Positions 1-13,577 of a stretch of DNA of 64,000 bases are shown piece after piece; position 1 is the first letter of the stretch; every line of letters starts with the position of its first letter. Origin of the DNA: Takakia lepidozioides (lineage: Eukaryota; Plantae; Bryophyta); the NCBI GenBank assembly GCA_030704615.1, contig CM060733.1, positions 61,566,001 to 61,630,000 on the forward strand. The letters run 5' to 3'. The notes beneath the pieces are model-generated. The model had not been told where the DNA came from. It searched no databases and saw only the letters and a program-made list of their open reading frames with translations. Both the position numbers and the translations under genes were made by a program.

Positions 1-3000
1 CTTCCTCCAACCATGCGCCCACTACCTGCTTTCTGTTTTGCTTTGGAAAAGAGGCCTTTGGGAACTGGAGATGCAGTCTTCCATGGCCAGCTATGATAAG
101 CTTGTTGGATTCGTGCAATCCTGTACTGGGCTCTAATTATGTAAGAACTGTTAAGTCGGCTTTTAGGTCGGGAATGGTAGCTTGCAGGGCTTCTGGACGG
201 TGGGTTTGCGAAGTTCTCTGCTCTGATTAATGGACGTTTGACAACTGAGAGGCGTTGATGATTTTTGGGGGTCTTGGGAGCAAATCGAGCAAAGCGGGCC
301 ATGGAGGCAGGGAGACTGTAGCCCTGTATAGTGAAGAAGGTCTCATTTCTGACAAGCTCTGGTAGCTTCCCATGGTAACGACGTGTAATCATCAATGTTT
401 CCTGTCTAGGGTCAGCCAACTTTCCCTTTGCAAAAGCCTGACCCAGTGAAATTTTCAGCTGTGGTACAGGGTTAGCGCATGGTGGCTCGGGTGATGGCGG
501 CTGGATGGACTTGCAAACCAGTGGTGTTGCAGTCTCCCAAAACAAACACCCAGGTGATGCTCTTGGGAGGGGGGGAAATTTTGCAACGCTTTCTTTGACT
601 TGGGGGAGCTCCACTGGCAATCTGTTTTCCTTGCTTGGTGTGCTTCCTCTAGAACGCCAGGACTTGCATTCACCTGTCAGACGTGATTAAACGTTAACAA
701 ATCCCAACTGAGACAGAACTTTTGACGTGCACCTCTTTCTGTCACAAGAATGGGGTTGAACAACCTACACACAATAGGCCAAGAATACAATAGCTATTGA
801 TTGCAATCTACTAACTTCCGCACCAGAGTCCCAAGTCTCTATTTGGATTTGATATGGGACATGCCTCTCAAATATGCATCTCCTGTTGTTTTGCAGATCT
901 GAAGATTTGCTGCCAAAGAAGCTTACACAACTGAAAACCCAGGTCCATCTCTTCAGTGATTGTGAATCAGTGTCTCTGGCCACTCAAGCAACATAATAAG
1001 GCACCTGCACGAAGCTGGATTAAACGGCGGGAGGTATTTGTGGAGGTTCCGAGGTGGGTATCTGCTTCCCTCATACTACTTTCGGGTTGCTTGATCAGAT
1101 GCCAGGTTGCTACATCAGACACTCTTGACTAGTGAAATGTGTTCTACTCTCCCGTATCTGGATACCATATAAGAGATATACCAAGTTACACACTAAACTC
1201 AACAATAGTAGATCAAACACCAAAAGACTTGGAAAGAATAGACAGTGACTAACCCTGTCCACTACGATAGTTTTGCAAGATTTGTAGTGCACTTGTCCCT
1301 TGTAAGGCACTTCCTTTCCCTCTAATGCTAACTCTTGCAGTTGGCATTGACCTTGACCTCTTCTGTCGCATGATGGTGCCGTGACTGGCTCTCTTCTGCT
1401 TGGCTACATGAACCACTTCCCTCATCTTAGGAGGCACTCTTGTCTCGCCATATTTCTGAGCTCCAACCCTTTCCAAAATACGTTCCTCCCCATCCCCCAG
1501 CATTTGTGAGACTCCCCCATCGCTCTTCCCCACCCAAGCCAACACCTTGTCATCTTCCTTGCCCAAAAGCTTCTCCAAACTGGCAACCATGTCATCCCTC
1601 TTATCTAACCTTTTTAAACCCCCTGTACATTCCCTTTGCAATCCTCCCATGTCCCCTGCCTTCCAATTTGCCACTTTTTCCAATGCGCCCATCTGTCCCA
1701 AATCTTCTAGAGTACCTATGCCTGTCCTTATCGTGAGCATTCCAAACACCTCCGTATCTTCCATGCCCACGGATCTGCTCTTCTCCCTATTCATATCTTC
1801 CTCGAGTCCCTTTGGTGAGACTCCACCACTCTTTGTGTCCTTCAACCTATCAAATGAAGGTTCTCTCTTCCCGAAGTTGGCCTCAGCCCCATATATCTTC
1901 GCCCGTGCTGACAATGCTGCAAGGGCCGCCGTCCTGGCACAGCGTTGGGCCTTCTTTCTGCTTTCAATGCGAGCCCGTAGTTTTCTCTTCTCCTCGTCCT
2001 CCTTTGCCAGTTGCTCTTGCTGCCTTTCTTCCCTGACTTTGGCTATGGTGTCCTTGACCTTCATGTCAAATGAATGCTTGAATGCTGCTTCTGATCCGGA
2101 TAAAAAAATATTGTACAACTCCTGTAATTTTTTGTCATCGGATGGATAAATTCTATCATACTTGCCTTTGTTTAATAATTCATGCTCCTCAAAGTTGTCT
2201 TTATTCAGGTGAAAAACCATTTGCGGCCCCTGTGGTTTCCCACAACTGTCACTCTTCACTTTCTCAATTCCTGGTTGGCCCTTCCCATATAAACGCATCT
2301 TCGTACCTTTCTTTTCCTGCAGCCATAGATGCACACAGCGGCACCCATACACACCAGTGGGTGACAATGGGTGCACATGTCTACGACACCCACTACAGGA
2401 TGCTAATGACAATTGCTATTAAACACCCCTCTTTCTGGCGACTCTCTAGCGGTTAGGGACCTTATGCACAAACTCAGAAATCTCAGGTGGCCTGCAATAT
2501 GCTTCCCCATTTGTGATTCTCACGAGGGTCATTTCTCTGGCCTTTCTTGGGCACTGGGCACTAAGTAACATGTTATGACTTTTGGCTTTGGATGGCTACC
2601 CATCAAATTTTAGCCTATTTGACATTACCTTGCTTACCTCTCGCTTGCAACGGTTTACTTCGCTGCTGTCTTGAGTCTGACCTGTGTGTGGTTGCAGTCA
2701 GGCTCATTTTGGTGATCCTATCCCCTTCAAGAACATATGCTGATACTTAATGATTTCACAAACCCATTTAAGTCATGTTTCATGGTACTGAATGTTGCTA
2801 GACAAATTCACAAATAGTTTCAAGAGATGTTCTAACCTACCTGCAGCCTCAAACGTGAGACTCCTGATGGGTCCATCCGTACCAACTTCAGTGTATCCGT
2901 AATGAGTGCTTCCTTGACTTTAAGATCCAACGGTGTATCAATTGAGAATGAGGGTGAGTGATTTACCTATAGCACATCAAAACACCAATCACACAAAGTT

Positions 3001-6000
3001 AGATCTCTGCTTGCAAAATTTTGATATGATGTGCCAAGGGGACAGGTTTTATGAAAGAGAAATACCTCCAAGAGCCAAGGTGCACATTTGTGGTCAATCA
3101 ATACATCCATACCCAACAGCTCGAAGCAGGAGCGACCGTGGTCATCTTCGTTCAGATAAGTGTGATAATTGTGAACTAGAAGAGGCACGATTGTGAGTAC
3201 TGTCATAACTACAATTTGGCTAATCTGGCGATGCAACTTGACTGTGTCGAATCCCCGGATTGACAGTGCTTTGAACAGCGAACTCAGGGCCCACTTGTGG
3301 CCCTTATTGGTCTCTGTTGCACTCGTATTGAAATGAAAATTGGAGTTGTATTTGTTGAGAGCATAGTTGGTCAAGTGCATGCAGCTGGTAGTCAAATTGC
3401 TGGGCCCGGGTTTCTGATATCTCTCAGTGCAAAATCGGACGATCCCCTCTCTGTCAAGACAGTGAGCAGAAACATCCCCTCTCTGTCAAAGAATCAAGAG
3501 TACTTCCCTCTGGAAAGAGTCTAACCTATAAAGAGAAGGTAGTCATAAGACATGGTTTGCCATAGCTCTAACCTAGAAAGAGAGTAAGAAAAAGAGAAAT
3601 TGCTAACATGCAAGTAGCAACTGCAAGTGCCTTGTGAACACAGAAGAAGAAAAATTTGGCAATGTCCTCGTACAAGATGAGAGGGACAGAAAAGGAAAAT
3701 CATTGAGCCCAAGGGACACAGATAATAAAACAGAACCATAGAAAGTACTACTATTATCAACATGTATTGCTAATAAATGAATACTGCTCCTAGACTTGGA
3801 ATTGGAAGAAACACAAACACAAACACAAACACAAACACAAACAGACGAACTGAAGGATAGACTAAAAGTAAAACCTGTAAAGATAAAGGCGGAGGGGATC
3901 ACATGAGAGAATAAGTACGTAAATGCGCAGGTCAAATTTGTAACCATTGATCAGCATTGGATTTGTCAGATACTTTTGCGCCAATAAGTTTGAACCAGGA
4001 TACCCATCAACAGCACGCCTCACATCTACCGCACTCTGTGCCAACACGACCCCTCTTCCCTGCAGCAATCCCAACAATGACCATCATGAACACCAAACGT
4101 TTCGGTTTGCTCGTGCTTCAATGATACTCTATCTGATCTGACTTCGGAGAAACGAGGGTACATGTGCATGTAAAACTGCATTCTAAGGCCAAAATGCCAT
4201 AGGCACAACCTAGTGAGCACATATCTTTCTCTCAGAAAACAGAAGCAGAGAGGAAAGGGGGATTGCAAATGCCCGTTGTGTGGGCAACCTTCACTTTCTG
4301 ATTCATTGTCCTGGGTACTCTCACCAGAGAGACATCCTCTTCAAATCCCTCAAGGGAATTGTGCCTGTACCTCTGTTTAAGAACTTTGAAAGTCTTGAGG
4401 CTGAGCCAAAAGTCCAGGCTGGGCAAACCACACACAGCAGATTGATGCTTGTGTAAAGGGATTTTCTAGAGGACAAAAATCCTTCCCCCCTCCATGAGAG
4501 AGAGAGAGTGAGTGGGAAAGCTAACAAGTAGGGTGTTTTTTCCTTACTATTAATTAATCACTGGATTTTTGGAGAGCTTCCATAATCAATTTACAGACCT
4601 AAAATCCATTGATATTAGGCCCCCATAGCTCTAATAGGCATGGGGGACCTTCACTAACTTGGTAAAAGTCAGTGTCAGCCCCTGACAAAGGTAGTTTCTG
4701 TCCCTTTGTGTTCCGCTCAATCTGAACGCGGGGTCAATGGCCACAAGGCTACGGCAAACAAACATCTTATGAGTACACTCTCTCAATTTTCTTGCCCCCA
4801 GGGTCTTGAGCATGTCCACGGGGAAACCCTGGGACTGTTGGAGTGGGCACCAACCTCAGCCAGAAAAAAAACCCATAGACTTAATTTCTCTGTCTCTCTT
4901 TCTTCTATCACCCCCCACCATATTACGTGGCCTGTTTCATCTCCCATTCACAGGCCACTCAAAGGAACACTTATGTTTCGAGTTACATTTGAAATGAGTG
5001 AAGAGTAATTCTATGATTGTCTGATACGCTGATGGTAAACCTTTCCCTAACCATAGCGAGAAAAGTTCCAAAGTTCTAGATTTCCATCCTCCCACCTTCC
5101 CCATCCCAGAAATTGATTTTGACTTGTGACCCTTTACACATCGATAGCGACAATCTTTCACATCATTGCCAAAGGAGACTTTGGGAAAAGCATCGCACCT
5201 GGCTGCCATTGTCTGGCTTGAGTATATATGTTCTCACTTTGGAAGTACTGAAGCATGCCAACAAGTCTGGGAGTTGATTGGGCAGAACAAACGCTCGTGG
5301 GAAAAACTTATAATGTGAAGGAAACAACCTGAGCATTTGCACCAACAAATATCCATACATCATTTTCACTTGCATGAGGTGACAGCATCTGCAACAAGCA
5401 GTATTGAATCGGGCATGTACTGCATGATTTCAACAGTACATACTATTATACCCTGACCTCACTTCTAAGCATGGCCCATCTGGAAATAAGAGTGGAAATA
5501 GTAGTAGTTCAGATGCCTAGCCTTGTCTTGGCCGGCTTTCCATTTAGCCTTGTGAACATACAGGAACCAGCTTCAACAGTCTAGAATGAACAAGGAGTCT
5601 GACTATGAGTGTCTTGGGAGGGAGAGTAGGGAAAACAGTGAGACCTACTTGTGCATTGTGGTCAGGCTACGGAAGAGCGACTTTTTGCGGCAGATGGAGA
5701 GCATGCCATGGAAATGGTTGATCTTCTGCCCTTGTTTGAGCAACATCAACCTTTCTGGACCAACGGACAAATCTGCAATTCAACCGCATGAAAGAGCGCA
5801 ATGAAAGAGCCACCTCATGTCCAATCTCCTGCCCCTGAAAAGCACCTGATCACTCTCTTTTGGGGTTTTTATACAGTCTTTTCCTACTCTTCAACTGTAC
5901 ATTCCCCTTCTCATGCTAAATGATGAAGCGAGGTCTGCCTTACATCAAAGTGAGTGCTTGTACAGTAAGCGTAGACCCTGGCTGAGAACTGACCCCTTGT

Positions 6001-6403
6001 CCTCCCTGAATTGTTTCATGACTCGACCATCCTCTTTCTGTCCGAACGGAAGGTCTGATGCCTCCAGCTTGGAGCATAACAAGTTGCACATTAGGATGTA
6101 TTTGATCTCATAAGTAATTCTCAACACTACAAAGAAATAATGTGCTTTAGAGTCCTCGTCCATGCAAAGATGCCAAGTTTCCCCTGTCCTCTCAAAGGGC
6201 AGACAGAGAGGGGAGCGCCCAAGGAATATACCAGTCCAAACCAAGTGACAATGTTTGTCATCGTCTCCGCCTTCTTCCCATCCATTCTTATGAAGCACAA
6301 TACGTAGGACTTCATACTTGCAACAAGAGAGGTCAATCATCGGCACATCTCCCTTTCTGGTCCTTCTCTTTGACCCTGGTGCTGACCCCAGCCTTTTCTT
6401 CAT
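1..6403 (-). CDS. Tubulin polyglutamylase, TTLL6/TTLL13-like, multi-exon, 3' end runs off the window
   Basis: GT-AG exons read by eye: 6403(or 6438)-6232, 5772-5649, 5328-5199, 4059-3875, 3450-3066, 2966-2841, 2316-1254, then probably 1109-1004 and 673-<1 (open frame to base 1, phases consistent). TTL-domain motifs: QKINHFHGMLSICRK, YILKPDNGSQGRG, QKYL..P.LINGYKFDLRIYVL, EGIVRFCT..Y, MHLTNYALNK, CFELLGMDVLID..PWLLEVNHSPSF.IDTPLD. Confidence 0.9.
3810..3843. repeat. (ACACAA)n microsatellite in a TTLL intron
   Basis: About 5-6 copies of acacaa visible directly. Confidence 0.9.
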
Positions 6404-7599
6404 AATCCGCTGATGCCAGCCCAAGCTCCTTTCAGGGTCTGCTAAATGTCAGCTCTCTCTCCCTCTCCCTCACACACTCACAATCACAACATATTATGTG
6501 CAAACTCTGCCTCTCCATCACCCAACCAGCGCCAGAGATTTTCTAACCTATCAGCGTCAGTATTCTACAGGGCCGAACTCATGCCATCGCAATATCTCCC
6601 ACTCTCTACACACCTATATATCCTTCCCTACATCACTTGATCCTGTGATAGGAACCTGGATAGGCAGGATCGGCTCTGCTTATTTTATGGTATATGTTAA
6701 ACTGGTTCACTGTAGGCTTAGGCATCCAGTGCTTATCCCCATACCTCTTGGAAGCTCGACACATCATTTGTTGCCTGGTACCAGTTGGTCCACAATCTAG
6801 CTCGCGCCGTAACTAGATTTGTATGAGCTGAAGTATTTGAACCATTTAAAAACTAGATCCCAAAATGTATACATCTCTGTACAGATATATGTATACGTAC
6901 ATAATTTAGAGTCCCTTGTTTTCTGCTTGAATGTTTAATGTATCCACCCTCAAGCAGCCACAGACAGGACCTACTTGAAGTTCAATTCACACCCAGAGAT
7001 CTAAGATACCCCAGCTTGTCGACCTAAAAACAGGTGTCACTGAGAAGAGATCACTAGCTTCAGCTCAATGAATCCGAACTTTCCACAGGGGTGATCGGGG
7101 TCCAGGCATTCGGCCTTCAGGCACTCACCCCTGCGAGAATGCACATCCCTATTGACCATAAGTCTCTGTCTGTTTCTGCCTGCGACGATTTTTTTCCCAT
7201 TCGAATCTTCTCCAATATTTTTCTGACCCCCTGTCAATCACAAAAGACGACCAGCATTATACTGAGGCATTAGCCTTGAAGGCCATCTCGAGGAGACCTG
7301 AAGAAGCTGACCGTCTTCAACTGACATACAAATCCTGGATGTGCCTACAAATCCAATCAAGCCATACATCCAATCAACTTGCAGAGCATGTTAAGTTTCG
7401 CTAGCACTGAGCTCTTAGGAACCATAGGGGGGGCGCCATGAACTCTTGTTGGGTTTCTTATGTTTGTAGTGCACTCAATTTCGCTGATGGCAACAACAGT
7501 GCCAGGACACGGGCCTGGTTGAGCTGGCGTCTCAAACCGTCATCTTACATTTGCACCATAGCAGTACCGGTAACTCAGTCAAAAGAATAAAGTGCTCAC

Positions 7600-8225
7600 C
7601 GCTACATTCCTGAGGATTGACTGGGAGGACTGCCACCCGCGAGCAGCATATCTCCCTCTTTCACTCTCCATCCACAAAAGCAACAAGTTTTTTTTCTCTA
7701 AGAGTTCTAATTTCCTCTTCTCCAGTGCTTCCTGTGCCTTCAATCCGTCTCCCTCCTCGCCCTCCCTGGTCTCTCTGATCTCGACCCTCTTCAACTTCTC
7801 TCTCCACTCTCTCTTCATTCTTCGTCTCTCCTCCATATTCACTCTTTCTCCACGATCGTGTATCTTACACCTCTCTTTACAACCTCCTTTAAAATCTCTT
7901 TCTTCATTCTCACTACCTCCGATCAATCAATCTTATCATCAGTCCTTCTCTCATCCGTCCAATTAAGTAGGGCTCAATACTGCAGATGGAGTGGCCGAGT
8001 GGCCGAGTGAGTGACGGTACTAGGAGTACTTGGATACAACCTGCTGGGTCTACGGCATCTGACGTAACGGAGAAGATCACTACAGCTTACGATTCCATCT
8101 ACAATATGCCCTCTACCTCCACACAAACGTTCTAGGAGTACCTTTATTGTGTTCCCTCTAAGTCTCGGTTTCTTCCTCCTGGATCTGGCTTTGGCCCCTG
8201 CGCCTGCATACAACTTAATCGCCAT
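7600..8225 (-). CDS. Possible upstream exons (E/K/R-rich coiled coil), perhaps an N-terminal extension of the TTLL gene
   Basis: ATG at 8225 gives MAIKLYAGAGAKARSRRKKPRLRGNTIK followed by a GT donor at ~8141. The charged ORF 7579-7926 has a GTGAGC donor near its end, and a plausible acceptor lies at 6438. No recognisable domain. Confidence 0.35.
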
Positions 8226-9194
8226 GGCCAGAGACACAAAGAAGGAGAGAGATACACAAAAGGAAATGAAGGAGGGGAGAGGGGACAGGTATGCAGGTGT
8301 GGTGGTGGCAAGGGTGGTGGGGTGTAACGGTTGTCGCAGACAGCAGCAGAGATCCGGAGAGACGGGGGCCGCCACACTGCCCTTTCCCCTAACCAACCAC
8401 TCTCTAACTAACCCGCCTCCGTTACCCTCCCCCACTTATCTACCTACCCCCTAATCTTCATAATATTTTTCATCGATGACCACCAAAACCACTTTGGAGA
8501 TTTTCATCAATAATCCACTCATTCATTGTCTCCCCTTCATTTTTTTTAATATATATGAAATAACAAACCCTGACCCTAGTAAGGCTCTTTCACAAGGTTA
8601 ATGTTTTTAAGTAAATTTCCTTGTTTTTAATAAGGGTCCCAAATTCTAGCAGAATTCGCCGCGGAATGAAAAGGCTTCCTCCCCTTTTCTTCTGAAGAAA
8701 TAATTAATAAGAAACCACACACTGAAAAGGAACTCCAACACCACACACAAAAAAAAAGGGAACTTAGAGTCTATTTGTTGGAAAGGGAAAAAGAGAACCA
8801 AAAAAAAAAGAGAAAAAGAAAAAAAGAAACCTGAATACATGTACGTAATAAAGTTCATTCGGTGGCATCTCTATTTTAGTGTTACCCAAAACTAGGGTTA
8901 TGATATTTTGATCCTCAGATTTACTTAAATGCATGAGAGCTATGGTCTTTTATTTAAATAAAATAAAATAAAAGGGGGATTGTAGCCCTTTTCACTTTAT
9001 TGAGAGCTATGGTTCACAATGAAAGATTTAGTAAACTTGGCTACAAATGTTTTTATTTATTTAAATCACATTTATGTCATCAAATATATATAATGATAAT
9101 CCAAAGCATGTCAACTTCCCCTTGCCACAATTTTCAGTCATGATAGAAATTTTAGGACCCTGAAATAAATTTGTTGTACAAAGTGGAATGTGTA

Positions 9195-10359
9195 GGGAAT
9201 TCCAAGAAGCCCTTGATGTGAAATGCATTGCAATTCACTTGATCACCCCCCTAAAAGTGCGCAATTCAATTGAATTGCAAGGGCAATTCAATTGAACTGC
9301 TAAAACTAGCTTGAAAACAACCCTAATTTGCAATTCAATTGAATTGTGAATTTGCAAACCAATTGAATTGCGAATTGACAATTCAATTGAATTGTAATAT
9401 ATAATTTTTAAACTTATTTCTGTATATAATATATATATATATATGTATATGTGTATATTCAAATTATACTTATACACGTATAAGAGTATAAGCTAAAAAT
9501 ACATGTTGCCCGTCTATTCTTGCTGCCCCTCTTTCTTGTGCCCTTGAGGAAATTGTGGAGTTGTGAAGCCAACCTCAGCCTCAGCGAGAAAGGGAGAGCC
9601 AAAGAGGGAGAGAGATCAGCAGCTTCATGTGATTCACTGGCAAAAGAAACATGGCTGGCTCTGAAAGAAACAGACAAAATCAAACCTGACAATTGATGAA
9701 AGTCTTCCCCTGCATCATCATGTAGTCCCCTAACACTAGTATCTGGCCCAGGACAAAGAAAACAAATGATATGTTCATCTTCAGAATTATCAAAAATAAT
9801 ATTGTTTCGATACCCTTACAAAGGTATCGTGTTGAAGTTGGGATGTGTGTTCCATGTAAGTTTAATATATCAAACTCTTACACGTTGATACTCTTACATT
9901 GGTATCATGTTTGGTATATGTACATAGCCATATATTGGGACCAACATCCACAAAGAGGGACAATCCCCCTTTAACAAGCGCTTTGTGACTTCCTCTCTCT
10001 CTCTCCCTCTCTCACTCTCCCTTAGGCTTATCTCGGGCTCAAGCCTTACCACGGGCAAAGGATTGACAGACGGACAGCAAGAATAGACGGGCAACATGTA
10101 TTTTTAACTTATACTTTTGTATGCGTATATGTATAATTTAAATATGTACATATATATACAATATATACAGAAATAAGTTAAAAATTATAGATTACAATTC
10201 AATTGAATTGTCAACTCGCAATTCAATTGAATCGTGTGTGCCGACAATTCATTTGAATTGCAAATTAGGGTTGTTTTCAAGCTATTGAATTGCGAACTTT
10301 TAGGGGGGTGATCAAGTGAATTGCAATGCATTTCACATCAAGGCCTTTTTGGAATTCCC
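9195..10359. mobile_element. Non-autonomous DNA transposon/MITE with ~300-bp terminal inverted repeats
   Basis: GGGAATTCC...GGAATTCCC termini flanked by TA on both sides. 9195-~9526 is an imperfect reverse complement of ~10073-10359. The arms contain repeated CAATTCAATTGAATTG palindromes. No transposase. Confidence 0.85.
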
Positions 10360-10633
10360 TAGAACGTGATCAGTGTGCAGTCAAGTGCCTGCAAATTCTG
10401 TGCTTGCTCCCACAAATTTCTCACAAAACTTGTACAACTTGAAAACTGATCATGGTAAACTAATGTGTGCGTGAAGGGCAAGGTCTCAAGCAAAGATCTT
10501 CATGGCAATAAGTTAATGTTAACAATCAAAGCCTAAAGGTCAGCAAGTAGAATATTAGGGCTTGCCGCATGATGCATTGAAGTAAAACATTTGAAATGGG
10601 TTTGAAATTATGTCGATCTAGATCAGAGTGTGT

Positions 10634-11641
10634 CTACAAGTCAGATGCTCGTTTGCCAAACTCTGCCAGGCTGAGCTGATCCAACATGTAGCCCACCACG
10701 TGATGGACATCGCCATATTCTGTTGCTACCTTTGAAGCCATATCTTTAACTTGTTCTCGATTTTTCATGTCTCGTTGGGCACCATGTTTGAAATGTGTAT
10801 CCAAATAGTAGCCCTCCAATTTTAGGTACTCCTCTCCCATACCAGGATTAAACATTTCATCAACACATTCTTTTGCAAGCTCTCGTTGAACTCGAAGCGT
10901 AGGCAGCTGAAGTCCTCCTGCTGTGGCTAAGCGTCTTAATATTTGGCCAACCTCGGCTTTGAAGTCATCGTGCTTACATTTTTCGTACGTATACAGTCTA
11001 CCATTGGCAAAAGCTCGTTTGTACTTATCGTTCAGAAAGTTTGTTAAGCGTTGTTGTATGATTATAGAGCTATCGCACTCTTGATGCCAAAATCTACTTA
11101 TTTGTCTTAGCTCCAACGCTTTTTCGTCAGCCTTTAATGGCTTAAGTTTACGGTGGACATATGTTTCCATACCATGACGCACTGTTTGAGGTGTCAGTGT
11201 GTTGGCAGTTTTGTTTGCCTCCATGTATGCATTAAAGATACTCGGATTAACATCAATACTAGTTGGATGTTGAATGTTCATGTCTCTGGGACTTCTCTTT
11301 GAATTGCTCTTCGGCCGACGATCTGGCAAATATATATCGTTGCTGGTTTCAGATTTTCGTTGTTTACGACTCGGTTTTTTCCCCTTTTTTGAACTAGCAC
11401 TCAGTGTAAGGTGTGCTGCCATCATGTTGTTGTCATGTTTCAGTTGGTCTCGACTAGCTTGAACCCTGCCTTTTCGCAAATTGCGCTCAAAATCAAGCAT
11501 AGGTGAAATTGATTCTATCAACTCCGAATCCGACGAATCTGTTGCTTTGTACATGGGCTTTCGAGGACTGCTTCGATATGAAGTCTCGGAAAAGCCTAAG
11601 AAATTTGACATTGGAGCTGATACACAAAGTTTTTCTTTCAC
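10634..11641 (-). CDS. Uninterrupted 335-codon ORF of unknown function
   Basis: Long ORF in AT-rich DNA, first ATG at 11611. The N-terminal half is basic and low-complexity and the C-terminal half looks helical. I recognise no domain. Confidence 0.55.
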   Translation of the reverse strand: MKEKLCVSAPMSNFLGFSETSYRSSPRKPMYKATDSSDSELIESISPMLDFERNLRKGRVQASRDQLKHDNNMMAAHLTLSASSKKGKKPSRKQRKSETSNDIYLPDRRPKSNSKRSPRDMNIQHPTSIDVNPSIFNAYMEANKTANTLTPQTVRHGMETYVHRKLKPLKADEKALELRQISRFWHQECDSSIIIQQRLTNFLNDKYKRAFANGRLYTYEKCKHDDFKAEVGQILRRLATAGGLQLPTLRVQRELAKECVDEMFNPGMGEEYLKLEGYYLDTHFKHGAQRDMKNREQVKDMASKVATEYGDVHHVVGYMLDQLSLAEFGKRASDL

Positions 11642-13577
11642 TTTTCAATGACCTAGTAACAACAACTGTGGATCTGTATCATTTCAGTGTATCATATATG
11701 TTAAGTACTGTACAATCCTGACTAATTTACTTTCACTGGTGTCAAATCCAGTCTAACTACTTTGTAACTAGTGTCACTATAGTTCTAATTATATTAAGAT
11801 AGCCTGACTGATATTGCATGTAATTTATTTATTTTAAAATTTTATTCAGAATGAAACTTGAAATTCTATCACAATATAAAACAATTACATAATATGAGAA
11901 TATACTTGAAAATATGTATGTAATTTTCCTGGATATTCCAGAGGGCCTGCCTGTTCCTGATGTTTTGCCGGCTGATAATGCTGTGGTAGAAATTATAAAT
12001 CTCAAGTCTAATTACCTGTTTGATAAGAAGACAAGGATTCAATTGGCTGACGTTTCATTACTTTAAGCAAATACCGACAAGTTGGGTGCGCATTATAGAA
12101 CTTCAAATAAGTTTGGGTATAAGATATTGTTTAAATATGAGATAATATTGAAGACTTTACCAAGACGAATTAGATTATTAGTTTCCAGCACCATGACACC
12201 TAAATTTGTATGAATTGAATGAGCATGAAAATTGTTACAATTGAACTACGAGGATTCGCAAATTAGCTTGTTGTTTGAAGTACTAGCTGGAAGGAGATCG
12301 GCGAAAAAGAGAAGGAGAAAAAATATTTGAGAGTTGTGAAAAACAAATTGTTCATGGTAGGAAGGAAATGAGGAAATGAAGTCTTAAATACAGAGAGAAA
12401 AATAGAGCAATTTTGAGAGAATTTTGTGGGAAGTGATCCTACAGAATATTCAGCAGTAGGAACTAAACTTAGAGAGAAAGAATGATTGAGATTATATGAT
12501 ATGAGTGGATGCAACCATCTAGATCTTTGGAGGAACATACCAAACATCTGATGGGAATGGCAGACTTATCCTTGTTTAGCTTACTATAAGCCCCTCTTTT
12601 TAATTCCTGGACCACTCTCTAATGCACGCAAACTTATTATGTTATTATGGGGCAGTGTTTTTTGTTTTTTGTTTTTTTTTTTTCATATTTCCAAAATTGC
12701 GGGCGGGGCCACCTGTGAAATTCACCCAGTGCCCATGTGGCGAGAATATCGAGGTGACAAAGTTAGAAAAGTGGCTATATTCCAGGTGTCACGTAATCAT
12801 TGGTCCACGTCGTCAAGATTAGGCTCCTGGAATTTATCTCCTGTTGCTTTTTGGCAAAAATCTCGGATTTTACCCCCCATAATTCCTTTGTACAAGTAGC
12901 TGACCGAGTTTCCAGGTCGAAATCTGGCGATTTTTCGCCAGAAAGAAATACACTGTTATGGGGGGCTTATTATGATATTTTCAATCCTCACTTTATAATT
13001 ATCAAACGATGAAGACCACGGGCCGCCTCGCCTAATGGTACACATTCAATTGAAATTGTGCCGTGATCACTTCTCAGTTATTGAAATACCTGGATGTAAA
13101 ATGTTAATAAAAATAGGATCTATATCAAATTCTTACATTTTAATATATACAATTTATCCATTGTCTATTTTCAATCATTACAATATTTAATACATGATGT
13201 ATTTTCCATTTATATTCAGTAATTTATAAATATATCCAACCCCATTTTTTTTTTATAAAAATGGCTAGCTTCTACATAGATAATTACGGTATTACTAGTC
13301 ACCGCAAATGGGCCTTTTCCATTTGGAATGTGGACACTAACCAGCAACGCAGATGCCCAAAGCTCTCTCAATCAAGTAATTGAAAGTCCTCCCGTGAAAA
13401 CCTATGGGTTTTTTTCCCTGCAGGCAGCGACCTTATGCACGTAAGATCTCTAGGGCAAGGTTCCCTGGGATCTTATGCCCTTCATCTTTTCTTTTCTATA
13501 TATATATATATTTTTAAGAATCTCAGCCATCCACCACAATCTTCAAGAGATCTTGGCCATCCACCTGGGGAAAGAAC

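Noticed and set aside
1547-2149. 200-aa plus-strand ORF
   Set aside because: Antisense shadow of the TTLL exon. The same applies to most short ORFs overlapping gag/pol, JmjC and MULE.
12584-12972. Possible small MITE (ATAAGCCCC / GGGGCTTAT)
   Set aside because: Only a 9-bp inverted match, with no convincing TSD.
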